A stretch of 64,000 bases of DNA from Bugula neritina (taxonomy: Eukaryota; Animalia; Bryozoa): NCBI GenBank assembly GCA_964035545.1, contig OZ037769.1, positions 4,631,929-4,695,928 on the forward strand. The letters are read 5' to 3'. The translations under genes were made by a program, and so were the position numbers. Below the pieces are notes generated by a model. It had not been told where the DNA came from, searched no databases, and saw nothing but the letters and a program-made list of their open reading frames with translations. This document shows, piece by piece, positions 1 to 11,806 of this stretch. Each line of letters opens with the position of its first letter. The stretch's first letter is position 1.

Positions 1-304
1 AAAATATAATATATTTTATAGCTACTTCTTCTAGAAAAAATAGTTTGACAGTATTAAAGTACTCAAGTTACTTTGTAATATTTTGAAACAGCTTTGATGA
101 CAAGAAAAAAACTCCAGCCTTAAAATTATCTGAAAGCGTCAAGCTCTGTTAGTTCAGCTCAGTCAAATTTAATTCTTATTACAAAAACTGCTTTGACTAT
201 TAAAAAAAACTATTATATCAGCTATAAAAACTTTTTTTAAGTCTGGTTATGCTGCTGCTTAGTTGACTTCATATTATATCACTGCAGTCTTGAGCTTACT
301 CAGT

Positions 305-376
305 GGTCCCGTGGGGTAATGGTTAGCACACTTGCTTACAAGCCGGAGGTCTCGGGTTCGAATCCCAGTGGGGGCA
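305..376 (+). mobile_element. tRNA(Val-like)-derived SINE head or tRNA pseudogene (family 1)
   Basis: A-box (TGGGGTAATGG) and B-box (GGTTCGAATCCC) with an imperfect acceptor stem. Related copies at 7268-7332 (+) and 8708-8778 (-). Confidence 0.65.
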
Positions 377-551
377 AAATTAATTTTCAATCGCATATAC
401 TACACTTTAAAATTATAATAAACTCATAATTAAGTAACTTTATTATCACAATTGTTGGTGGTGAATCAAAAGATTATAAGGCTGGAACTACTGCAAGCGC
501 AGTGAAGTATAATAATATTAACTGCACAAGAAATGAGAAATTAACACGAAC

Positions 552-3500
552 TTGGTGGGCAAGCTGATGTGAGATGGTGAACACAGTTTTCTGTCTCTGG
601 TAAACATCTGAAACTTCTGGGCTGTAAAGCAGTGTTTCTTCTCTGAATCCAATCAGTCCCCAGTTTTCAATAGATTTCGAAGGGAAGTCAGGAATTGCAA
701 TTAAGTCTGCTTGCAAATCAATATTTTATAATAACAAAAACTTGCAGAAAAATAGCGAGCTCAATATAATAACTTTAAAAAGTACCAACACAAATAATTA
801 AAACTTCAAATCGCACCTATTTTGGTGAGAGGATACCACATTTCAAAAAGCTTTTCGAAGTTTTCCAAAAGCATATCTGCTTGATCCAGAGCAAAATCAG
901 TTTGATCAAAAACTGACTTTCTTGAACAGACTCTTATTTGAACCTAAAATATATTTCATAAAATTATATTATAGTTATTGTTGTTTTGAATTATTAAATT
1001 GCTTTTGAAATTCTTTTCAAGAAGTTTCATAAGTATATGAAACTTACATCACTTTTGGTAGTTTGATTCTTGCACTCAAAATTGTGAACAATTATAATAG
1101 CTAGGTGAGCCGTCGACATGAGAGAAGTTTCATTAAAGATGTCCATATTCCACTCATCACTCCTAAAATGTAGACGTTAATTTATTTTATTTGCATCAAC
1201 AAGTATAATTTAACTTACAAGCAATACATAATACAAGGTCTAAAATTAGAAATTCAGTTTTAAGTTATAAAGCACTGCATGCTTGATCTAAATAATATAA
1301 TACATTTTTTGATGAAGCAGCTCAGAACAGCTTCAACATTTTTTTAAAAAGTGACAGGTTTTCTTATTGTAAATCAGTGGTCTAAGCAAATATATATAGT
1401 AATATCGTTATTGAATTTGCTTTATATTAAACAATGAATACATATATTAGCAGCTTCTTAATTCTACACAGAGCTTCTATCCCAAATGAGCTTCACTAAA
1501 TCTCGGTGTTGCAGGCTTTGAAACAAGAAATAATAAGTAGCAGAATGCGTGAGTCATTTAATTAACAAATATATAATATTAGATATTTACTATCAGCTTT
1601 CTCTTTTATCTCATATAGTTTGCAACTTTTGGTTTAAACTATTTCTGTGCCAATTTGGCAAATGGACTTACATCTGCTCAGTCTTTATAAGTTCAGCATT
1701 TGAGAAAGCTGTGTAACCATTCTTCCTCCATACAGAAATGTTGAAAGTAGCTTTATACATCAGCTCATCAAAGCATGGGAAGATTTTTCTTGCTTGTGTA
1801 GGCTCAAACCTCGAAATGGCAACATACCTGCATGACATACAATGGAATACTATGTTATATAAGACTCAAAGTAACCAAGTTTTTGTATATTAATTATATA
1901 ACAAAACATTAAATTAACAGGTTTCGGCCTTACACTAAAACATACAGCTGAATTAGTTTGCAGTTTGAATCTAAGTTAAAACAACATTTAAATATACAGT
2001 GCTCCCTCCATGTTTCACTAAACTGCCAGTCCTGAAACTTTAATTTGTGGCATAATAGAATACCAGGTTCAGCTTACAGATTTGTTAAATTTAGTCATTT
2101 TGTCCCTATACAGACATACATGACCAACAAAGCAGGGTCCAAGTACTTCTAGTTACCTATAGAATTTCAGGAGAAATGGCTTTGTGAGAAATATGGAGGG
2201 AGCACTGTAATATCATTCTCAGATGCTAAAGCAACTTGTAAAAAGAGAAAATAAATGCATATCACCTTTCTAAAGTCAGATTATCAGCTTTGTCTACGTC
2301 AGCGTGACTATCATAGTACAAACCGCTGACATTTCTACTTAGTAGTCCATTATATTCAATCTCCAAGATATAACTCTGTTCCTCAACAAGAGGGGTTTCT
2401 GTCATAAACTTGACAAACTCTCTTTTCACATCGTAGAGCGGGCTGGTTGGAATGTTTATTACCGTCCCATCTGAAATTGAGCTGAATATCTATTATATTA
2501 TAAATGACAATGTATTATATGTTGCACTCAACTATGCATAAGCTATACTGTAAAAGAAGGCTTCAACTTAAAATTAAAATACAGAACCGATAACAAAAGC
2601 AGTTACTGTAATAGCCATAGTATATAATATAATATTAGTATAACAGACACAATTTATTGTATAATCTAATATAGTTAAAGCAGCTGCGGTCTAGGGGTTA
2701 GAGCAGTTGCCTAATAAACACGAAGTCATGGGTTCGAGCCCGTCAAAGGCCATTAATGGTGTTAGGAAGAGCATCCAGTCATAATTGCCCCATCTGAAAA
2801 GTCCTTAGTCTGATTTAACAAAAACTTTTCCATCAGGGGTTTCTCACAGAAACGATGATAGTTTTAAAACCGATATAATACATAACTTACAATATAATAA
2901 CATAATAATTGACACAATGTAAAATACTTTATTAAAATAAACACACTATGTGATGCACAATATTGTAATAGTACAGTAGACAACTAAATAAAAACATATT
3001 CTGTCATTTTATGACTTCGGCAAACATTAGAAAATTTGAAATACTACCTATGAAAGGGTTCCAGTAAAGTGCTGTGATATTTTATGAACTGCATGTCACA
3101 ACAGCTAGATTATGGAGCTACCAACACAGAATAATTTTTAATATTTTTAATATTTTTTATTATTTTTTATTATTTTTTAATATGCATTGACTTACTCAGC
3201 TCCGACAGTTTGCAAGAGGTGATGTTAAGTTGGCTGAGATGTAAAGTCACAATCCGAGTAGCGCTCAAGCATTTGAAGAGAATCCTAACACTGCCTTCAT
3301 TTGTGAATGTGCTGGGATCTGAATGATAGATATCTGGCTTTATCTCAATTTCGTAGCCGAGGGGCCTCAACCTAGGGGGAAGCTTCACTTCATATGGCTA
3401 AAATAAAGGAGTTTATAGTGTTATGCTATGTTATATCACACTACTTTGGGCTATATAACTCATGTGGGAACCCTAATAGAAATGCTTTTTGTTAAATCTC

Positions 3501-5386
3501 CCTAGGGACTTTTCAAGATGTGGCACAAAAGCAATTATGGCTGGATGCTCTTCCTAACATCAGCAATGGCTTTTACTGGGGTTCGAACCACTGAGATTCT
3601 GTTTATTAAGCTAGTGCTTTAACTCCGACAGCTACTCTCAACTATTTCATACTGTGTATTGAAGTATATTTCCTCAGTAGAACTTTTTAGTTCAGGGTGG
3701 GGTAGTAGAGCAGACTTACTATATCAGTAGTTGAAGGTGAGAAAGTAGCAAAAGAGCTTCTAGTTGTATCAGTAGAGAATGTTGTTGACTTGGTAGTTGT
3801 CTTCTCTGTGGTATGATCTATATCGGAATCACTCTCATTGGTTGTGCAAAATCCACTCTCAATGCCTAGTAAATACAACTTGATGTCAAACAATAAAAAT
3901 ATATTTAAATCATTAGAAAATAAAAATTCTTAACAGTGGTGTATGCTTTGCATTATATTTGAAGGAGAAAGAATTAAAAACAGTCACTGTGGGAATATAC
4001 AACAGAAAGAACGGCTAAATAAACTCAAGCTCTTACACTAACTTATCTTTTAGATATAGTATAATGATATACATATTTGTAAAGCAAATAATATATCGAA
4101 TACTTTGTTAGAACAATTGATACATATTGTATTTTTGCTCACATTTATTTATGCAGTCTTCACTGATTCCACTTTCACCCTTCCCCTCAACTTTCTGCAA
4201 AACAGAGCGACCACACTATGTCAATTAAAATCTAGTAGAACCTATATACATTAATACAAATGTGCAACTGATTTAGATTTTAAGCGTAGCACAATATTGA
4301 GTCAAAAAACATAGTTTCTCAATTCAAGCAGCTGTTGCATCTACTTCTGAACCTTAAAAATTCTCTACAACTTCACAGTCTAATCTATTCACAGACCAGG
4401 CTGATTCAAAGTTGAAGCAGTTTCACATTAATAGTAGCATGATGTCTCAATTTCATACAGTTACAAAACTATTATTACATAAATTTATTAACATAGTAAC
4501 AAGTAATAACTTGGTTTTTACCTCTCCACAGTTTGAGCTGACTGTCCCAGGTTTATTCATACAGTATATACCAAATCCTATGGCAGCAGACGCTGAGACC
4601 ACCATTAAAACCACCAGCACAGCTATTGTACCGTAACTCAGTTTAATTTCTGCCCTCTCTCTATTTTCTCCATTGTCTATTAACTGTACATTATCTTCAA
4701 TAAATTCAGCTTCTGCTGCTCCTTCCCCTTCCAATTCACCACCACCAGCACGGTACTGCACTCTTGACCTTCTACCAAATATTAACAAAGGGTTCGCCTG
4801 CAAGACTAACTTAGTTTTCTGAATTAAAGAATTAAGAAAAAGATTTCACCTGTTAAATTTTTAACAGAAAATAATCCTAGCCATACGCTATTTTGTCTGT
4901 AATTACAGTTTAGAACTATATTGCAAGTTAGAATTTGTCTTCTTTTTTTTCAGTAAAATTTCTAGGTGAGGGTAACTTCTTATGATAATTATCAACTTGG
5001 CCCTACTTATTTGCTGAAGTGTATGTATTAATACATTAACACTTTAGTACCTGCTAATCACCTTTATTCCTCAAGTTTCAATCTTATTAAACAATTTACT
5101 GGCCTAAATCTGTAACTGCTATTTTAATAAACAGTCTTATAATACATGGGCAAGCATAAAGCCTTCTATAGCTAAAAACATATCATATTTAGCAGAAAAG
5201 ATTTCATTCAAACAAAAAACTTAAATATATTACAATCATAAATAAAATTGCAAAGCCTATTTAAATATTAGTAAACACAAATTCATCAACACAAATTTAT
5301 AAATACAGGTCTACAAAAAGAAAATTTTTATCATGATTTATTAATTTTAAAAAACTCAAAAAAATGACTCACCTTCTGTTAGTCAT
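552..5386 (-). CDS. M1 family aminopeptidase N-like type II membrane protein, probably catalytically inactive; the 3' part lies outside the window
   Basis: Ten GT-AG exons stay in frame: 5386-5373, 4771-4522, 4194-4143, 3865-3720, 3397-3196, 2470-2266, 1827-1672, 1162-1048, 943-817, 706-552. They encode an N-terminal tail, a TM helix (IAVLVVLMVVSASAAIGFGIYC), a Ser/Thr-rich stalk and M1 landmarks KLPPRLRPLGYEIEIKPD, FEPTQARKIFPCFDE, YPLTKIDLIAIPDF, ENWGLIGFREETLLY and HQLAHQ. Confidence 0.9.
1997..2207. mobile_element. Tc1/mariner-type MITE
   Basis: Terminal inverted repeats CAGTGCTCCCTCCAT ... ATGGAGGGAGCACTG with TA on both sides. Confidence 0.8.
2678..2890 (+). mobile_element. tRNA-derived SINE (family 2)
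   Basis: A/B boxes (GGTCTAGGGGTTAG, GGTTCGAGCCC) followed by the conserved body GTTAGGAAGAGCATCCAGTCATAATTGC...TCTCACAG, shared with other copies in the window. Confidence 0.8.
3420..3637 (-). mobile_element. tRNA-derived SINE (family 2)
   Basis: The reverse complement contains GGTTCGAACCCCAGTAAAAGCCATTG and GTTAGGAAGAGCATCCAGCCATAATTGC. Confidence 0.75.
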
Positions 5387-5782
5387 AGCTGAATCCCAAA
5401 GCAAATGAGGTACTGAACAGGCAAATAAACTCCTTAAATAATGATAGATAACAGCTTTTCTAAATATTTTCCAAAAGCCTGCTTTATTTAGCTAAAAAGC
5501 ATATTTTACAAAATAAATCTAAAATAGCATTAAAAAGCCAACATATTAGGTAAATATTTCATCAAAGTGTTGTAATATCCCAAATATAAGGTATGGCCAC
5601 TTCCTTGGAAATATTATGTTTTTGGTACTCACTATTTAGTCCTGTATCCACTGCAAGTAATAATATACCATATAGCAAAACAGAATAAAATCATTGTGCA
5701 TAAAATTTAAACATAATCTATGAATAGTTAGATGATATAATATGCTCTAATCTGTGATAGAACAAATTGTACAAATTATTCT

Positions 5783-5854
5783 TTATATATGTATATATGT
5801 ATATATGTATATAGGTATATATGTATATATGTATATATGTGTATACGTAAATGC

Positions 5855-5913
<59 letters not shown>

Positions 5914-6028
5914 AGTATATGTGTATGTATATAATTATGTATATGTATAAGTATATGTATATGTATATAATTATGTATATGTATAAGTATATGTATATAT
6001 GTATATATGTATATATGTATATATGTAT

Positions 6029-6061
<33 letters not shown>

Positions 6062-6280
6062 TAAGTATGTGTATAAGTATATGTATACGTATATAATTAT
6101 GTATATGTATAAGTATATGTGTATATATGTATATATGTATATATGTATATATGTATATATGTATATATGTATATATGTATATATGTATATATGTATATAT
6201 GTATATATGTATATATGTATATATGTATATATGTATATATGTATATCTAAATATGTATATGTACAATGTATATGTATGCA
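5783..6280. repeat. Complex (TA)n/(TATG)n microsatellite
   Basis: About 500 bp of ATATGT/ATATATGT units, seen directly. Confidence 0.95.
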
Positions 6281-6972
6281 CAATTTTGAGCAGATTCACA
6301 TTTATAAAGATTTGTAAACTCTTTCAAGTTGAACAGATTTATTGAACTATAGTTCAACATTTAAATAAATAAACTGATTTGTTTTTTCAATTGAAACTGT
6401 AAGTATTATGAGATCATGTGGAGATAATTAGGCTTTCCAGTTTTAATGATTCAAAGAATTGCTTCAGCCTATTCTTTCTTTTTTATTTTCTGAGTAAAAC
6501 TCCTTACATATAATAATTTGTTTGCTTCATGTATTGTTTTTACTGCCAACTTCTACAAATGTTGACTCGTAAAATACCTCAAGCAATCTGTGGTTTTTGT
6601 AAAGCATATTAGCTAATAATATTCAGATACTATCAAGAAAAGTTTTGTTTATAAAAACACATAAGATTTTATCTGGGATGTACGATAATTCATCGTTTTA
6701 GTTCCATCACTGCCCGACTGATCACAGTAATTATCCAGTTTACATTTATGCAATAAATCTATAAGATGGCTTAATCTGTTTTTTTAAGGATTAATTTTTA
6801 TTTCCATAAGTTAAAATTCTTTAGTATTTAATTTTTACGGCTATCGTCATATTTATGGCTGTCATTATTAATGAACATTTTGCACTAATAAAACTCTGAC
6901 ACCAGAAGCTTGTAGCTTCAGTATTCAGCCAGCTGTCAATTGAAAAAGCAGTAAAAGCTTTTTACAGCAATT

Positions 6973-8128
6973 ATGGAGAACGTTGAGATCAATACGAAAG
7001 GCAAACAAAGAAAGTCTAACTCTAAAAGCTGCATACTGATAGTGCTTGCTGTAATACTCCTTGCTCAGACGAGTGTTGGTGTGGGATTGCTGACAACTGG
7101 CAAAGTTAACATCAGCTCAGATGTAGTCTGTGTCAAGCAGCTTTCACCTATAAGTCACATTGAGGTATGTGGTATTCTCAATTATACAATAGTATAGAGA
7201 GAGTGTTTTTAGAGCTGAATAAATGAGTATCTTCGCCATTTGTAGTGTTGAGTTTATCCAGTTTATTGCCCTGTGGTGTAATGGTTCACTCTCCTGCTTG
7301 CAAGCCAGAGGTTTTGGGGCTCGAATCTTAGTAATTTTATAGCATCCATCAATCTTATTGTATTATTGGTGCATAGCTATTAGATGTTTCCGCGTCTATT
7401 TGCTATTTCTGAATTAAATATAATAAAACTTTGTGATAGTTACCATAAAAAGTTGTTTCTTTCAAGTGTATTGCAGTTGACAATTTTATTTCTTAAATAT
7501 TTTGCCCATATATATGCTATCACATGAATATAGCAATATTACATTTTCCTGCCTATTAGTTGGCCTATTATCAATGTAGTTGCTTTTACTTTTCATTGAA
7601 GTTAAGACAATTGATCTCTCCAACAAACTTTGGACAAAGTCAGCTTGCTTACCACTGTGAACCATGCCTTTTAAATAAACAAATTTAATTAGTATTACTC
7701 TGTTTTATAACCTATACAAATATATCATTTGAAGCATGCCTGTATGTTCTATTGTAATAGGTAGTAATTATTTTGGTTGAAAAAAAATGCCAAGTTTTTT
7801 ATTTTTAAATATTTTACTTAATAAAAGCTTAATATTTAAAGAAACTATTACAAAAAATTTTCAAAGAGAGCTCACAGTAGATCTACAACTCTTGCCATTG
7901 TTTTGACTGGGTCAAAAATCTTAAGGAATTGGTATTTGTTGACTGAAATCTGCAAACTCTATTTTGTCAAAGTGTTTTAGACATTTTGTTTTTGTATGTT
8001 ATTAGAAAAGAGCTGCACCAAGAAGACCGATTAATGGTGGTTTACCCACCCTTTCAGATCCCAAGATAGGACGGTGCAGGATAACTCAACTTGTTCTTTG
8101 TGACAACCCTCCACGAATTACTTTATAA
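6973..8128 (+). CDS. Small two-exon secreted or membrane-anchored peptide precursor, paralog A (104 aa)
   Basis: Exon 6973-7164 (GAG|gtatgt) joins exon 8006-8128 (ttag|AAA...TAA). Hydrophobic segment CILIVLAVILLAQTSVGVGLL, an EKR junction, and C-terminus AAPRRPINGGLPTLSDPKIGRCRITQLVLCDNPPRITL. Same structure as paralog B. Confidence 0.7.
7268..7332 (+). mobile_element. tRNA-derived SINE head (family 1), degenerate
   Basis: GCCCTGTGGTGTAATGGTT...GCTTGCAAGCC...GCTCGAATC, similar to 305-376. Confidence 0.6.
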
Positions 8129-8707
8129 TGTAAACGGCATATGAGCTTGCATGTAGTTGAAGCTAAGTTTTATGTACTTTTTAACCACTAATTATGAATA
8201 TTAGTTGAAATATGCATTTTTGCTACATTTATAATAAACTGACTTTAATTTTTGCACTGCCTTATAAAAAGTACTATACAGCTATAACAATATACAACTT
8301 GCTTTTTGAAAATAAATATTATAAATTGAAAAGTCTCAATAGCATGTCTTCTGCAACTTAAAAATCAAATGTTTTACTTCTTAATTTCTTATTAAAATCA
8401 AGAAAAAAAGGAGTGTTTGGAACAATAAGCAAGCAGTTCATTTGTCCTAAAATCAATCACATACTCTAAATAACTATCAATAGTTTTTATTTAAATAAAT
8501 TTTTAAATTATGTTTCAATGTAAAACCTTATAAACTTTATATACAAAAGTTTGCTATAAAAACACCAGCTTTTTACTTGCTCTTTCAAACTTTTCAAGTA
8601 ATGTCACAAGAAGGTATCTGCTCTAGCAGTCATTAATAAATATCTATGACTAAATAACTCAATCAACTTGAACAACTTGAAATAAGGCAGATGTAAAAAG
8701 AAAATTT

Positions 8708-8778
8708 ACCCCTACCGGGATTCAAACCACAGACATCCAGCTTGCAAGCAAGCGGATACATCATTACACCACAGGGGC
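8708..8778 (-). mobile_element. tRNA-derived SINE head (family 1), degenerate
   Basis: Reverse complement reads GCCCCTGTGGTGTAATGATG...GCTTGCAAGCTGG...GGTTTGAATCCCGGTAGGGGT. Confidence 0.6.
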
Positions 8779-9784
8779 TGCTGGGTTAACTCATCACTAC
8801 AGCAGCATGCATGTTTTTAAATGAAAAAAGTAGCCTACACTTTTACATTTTATTGATGGTAAAGTTATATTTATGTTTGACAGAAATTGCATGTGATAGA
8901 AGTTGCACATAACAGTTTGGCGTTGTACGCATAATGGTACATTTGACAAGGAAAGATTGCTCTATCTCTGTTTTAATGTTTAGTATATCTACTGCCAACA
9001 AACATTTTAGTTTTATTCTATCTGGTTATAGTCTAAGCCTTGTTTGCCTTCGCCTCCCTCTATACCTCCCCCCCCTCTGCAGGCACAAGTCAAACCTATT
9101 AGAACACCAAATGCATCACTTGCAGTTATTAAGGGCCATTCAAACCTTGCTTCATCTAAAATATCATCAAAGGGTTTGTGGAAATATTTGATTATATGTG
9201 TAATTTATTAAACTACATATCATAATAATTTAAATATAAACTACATTGTGAGAAAGAGGCCTTTGCACAATCAGTGAGTGCTCCCCCAACGTCTTTTCAT
9301 GGAGGATGTTGTGATCATTCTAAAATTATTATATTAAAACTTTGGTGAGCATCAGTAAACTACATTAAATGATATAGGCAATTATGTTGGTAAATTGTAA
9401 TACAAAAAAATTAATTTAATAAGATAAAAATAAAATGTCAGACGGGAAAATATGGTATAAGTGACTAATATTATACATATGCATGTGGTAGCTCATATAA
9501 TACATATTATGTAACACATTATATGTGTTATGTGATGTGTGTTCTAGTTGTTATGTAATATATAATCAATAGTAATCTCAAAATAATATAAAGACTTGTT
9601 ACTTGCAAAATGAATTAAAGCAAAACACTAAAAATAACTGTCAAATTAAAGTTTAGTCACTATTTTATTATGATCAGCACATTATAATTAGTGTTACTAG
9701 CTTCAAACATTTTGCAAACAAAGATAACAAACACTGATAAGATTTTGGCTTGTTTTGCTTAAATATGTCAAAACAAACGCGCAC

Positions 9785-9795
9785 ACAATACACAC

Positions 9796-9841
<46 letters not shown>

Positions 9842-9885
9842 ACACACAACACACACACACACACACACTCGCACTCTCGCACACT

Positions 9886-9930
<45 letters not shown>
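9785..9930. repeat. (CA)n microsatellite
   Basis: Seen directly. Confidence 0.95.
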
Positions 9931-9931
<1 letters not shown>

Positions 9932-9986
9932 AACCTTGTTCAAGCACTTTTCAAATCCATTAATGTTCTTTCACATAGAAATAGAG

Positions 9987-10092
9987 ATTCAGAAAGTATA
10001 AAGTGTCTCATGACATGACCCACAAAGGCATGTATGTGACACATACATGCCTTTTGTGGGTCATGTCATGAGACACTTTATACTTTCTGAAT
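9987..10092. repeat. Near-perfect palindrome (~52-bp arms, 1-nt loop)
   Basis: ATTCAGAAAGTATAAAGTGTCTCATGACATGACCCACAAAGGCATGTATGTG, then A, then its reverse complement with one extra T. Confidence 0.9.
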
Positions 10093-10927
10093 TTCTGAGC
10101 TTGGTGTGTTTTAGCATAGAATTTGAAAAAACTGCTACTAAAATCATACCACATAACAAATGTAGAACCATTCTGACATTAGAAATGGTAATCTTACCAA
10201 GTACTTTGTTTATCACATTATCAGCTAGCTAAGTGGTGCTACCTGTTCCTTTAGCAAACTAGTGAAAACTGTCAATTATACTGAACTTAGATAAAAAACA
10301 AAAAGTACATAATTTAAGTTGTAAATTGTTTCCAAAACTTCATTTCTTAAATTTGCAAATGTTTATATAATGTAATACTTATCCTTATATATTTTTACAG
10401 CCGTAGACACCTGTTTGTTTTATTATAAGTTTATTTTGCAGAAAAAGATTCTTTCGGTAATATGGTTGTGAGATACATTAAAAGACTATCTATAATATTA
10501 TAATAATTAGTAAGTTTCAACACAGGTGCATGTAAGTTTTATGAGAAATGCACTTTAATTTGACTGATGACTTACTGACTTTATGATTTATTGAAATTCT
10601 TTAAAGCATTATATTCATAATCGCCAGCATAAGCTTGACAAATCTTGATCCTTACTGCATACCACTTTATTTTAATTAATTTTGCTACATTTACTGGAAT
10701 TTCACATCCTGTTAGTCTAAGATTGTTATTAATAATTCATACAAATCAGTATTAATACCTTTTAATAGTTTTTACTTTATAGCAATATTAATAACTTTAT
10801 CTTGTGAATTAATGTTCACTATAATTACCTGCTTTACTCATAAAACACTGGCACCAGAAGTAGTTTCAATTCAGTTTACTGTAAGTGTTGACGGAACGAG
10901 GCAACGATAAGTGACTGTTGAGACAAG

Positions 10928-11303
10928 ATGACTGATTTCTTGCTGAATAAAGGCCAAAAGATGGTTGATACAAAGAACTTGCTGCTGGCGTTGTTTACCA
11001 TAATGATTGTCGTACAAACCTGCTTCGGAGTGTGGCTGCTAATGACTGATCGACTCAATTTGGATCCAGACGTGACCTGCATAAATAAGTCTTTGGCAGC
11101 CAAACAACTTGAGGTAAGCCGAAATTTTTTCAAGAAATATTTTACCAGCTATCAGTAAAACTTGCTAAATTTCTACTAAAGTTAATTTAGTAGGAGCTAC
11201 ATGTATACATACAGCAGCTAATCTTTTCAAATAAATTTATATCTTATTCTATTTTGTTGTTGTGAAAGCTAATAGTAAAAAATTTAGTTTATAATATGAA
11301 AAT

Positions 11304-11356
<53 letters not shown>

Positions 11357-11380
11357 CACACACACACATATATATATATT

Positions 11381-11434
<54 letters not shown>

Positions 11435-11458
11435 AATATATATATATATGTGTGTGTG

Positions 11459-11517
<59 letters not shown>

Positions 11518-11806
11518 ATAACGCATGCTATGCATTCTCATGTTAATTTATTTAACATATTTTATTTTATATATTGTACGTTTTGCACACTAGTATTATA
11601 TTATGTATATTATATTGTATCTTATACAGTTCTAAAGTTGTTTTATATTATATAAATTCAGTATATTATATACTCTTTCATAATAGAAAAGAAGTGCTAC
11701 TAGAGGGGCAATTGATGAACGTCCTTCCACAGGTGCCAGGCTCTACTGTCGAGTACGTAGCAAACCAATTTGTTACTACTATGAAGTAGACGTCAACCCA
11801 AACTAG
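10928..11806 (+). CDS. Small two-exon secreted or membrane-anchored peptide precursor, paralog B (101 aa)
   Basis: Exon 10928-11113 (GAG|gtaagc) joins exon 11687-11806 (atag|AAA...TAG). Hydrophobic segment [21 protein letters not shown], an EKR junction, and C-terminus [37 protein letters not shown]. Confidence 0.7.
11308..11514. repeat. (TA)n/(CA)n/(TG)n compound microsatellite in the intron of paralog B
   Basis: Seen directly. Confidence 0.95.

Noticed and set aside
305-376. Functional tRNA-Val gene
   Set aside because: Imperfect acceptor and anticodon stems and degenerate relatives nearby favour a SINE or pseudogene.
5718-6345. Long ORFs rich in Y/I/H/M/C
   Set aside because: Translations of a TA/TG microsatellite. 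The same applies to ORFs at 9674-10018, 11284-11655, 43294-43542 and 54095-54437.
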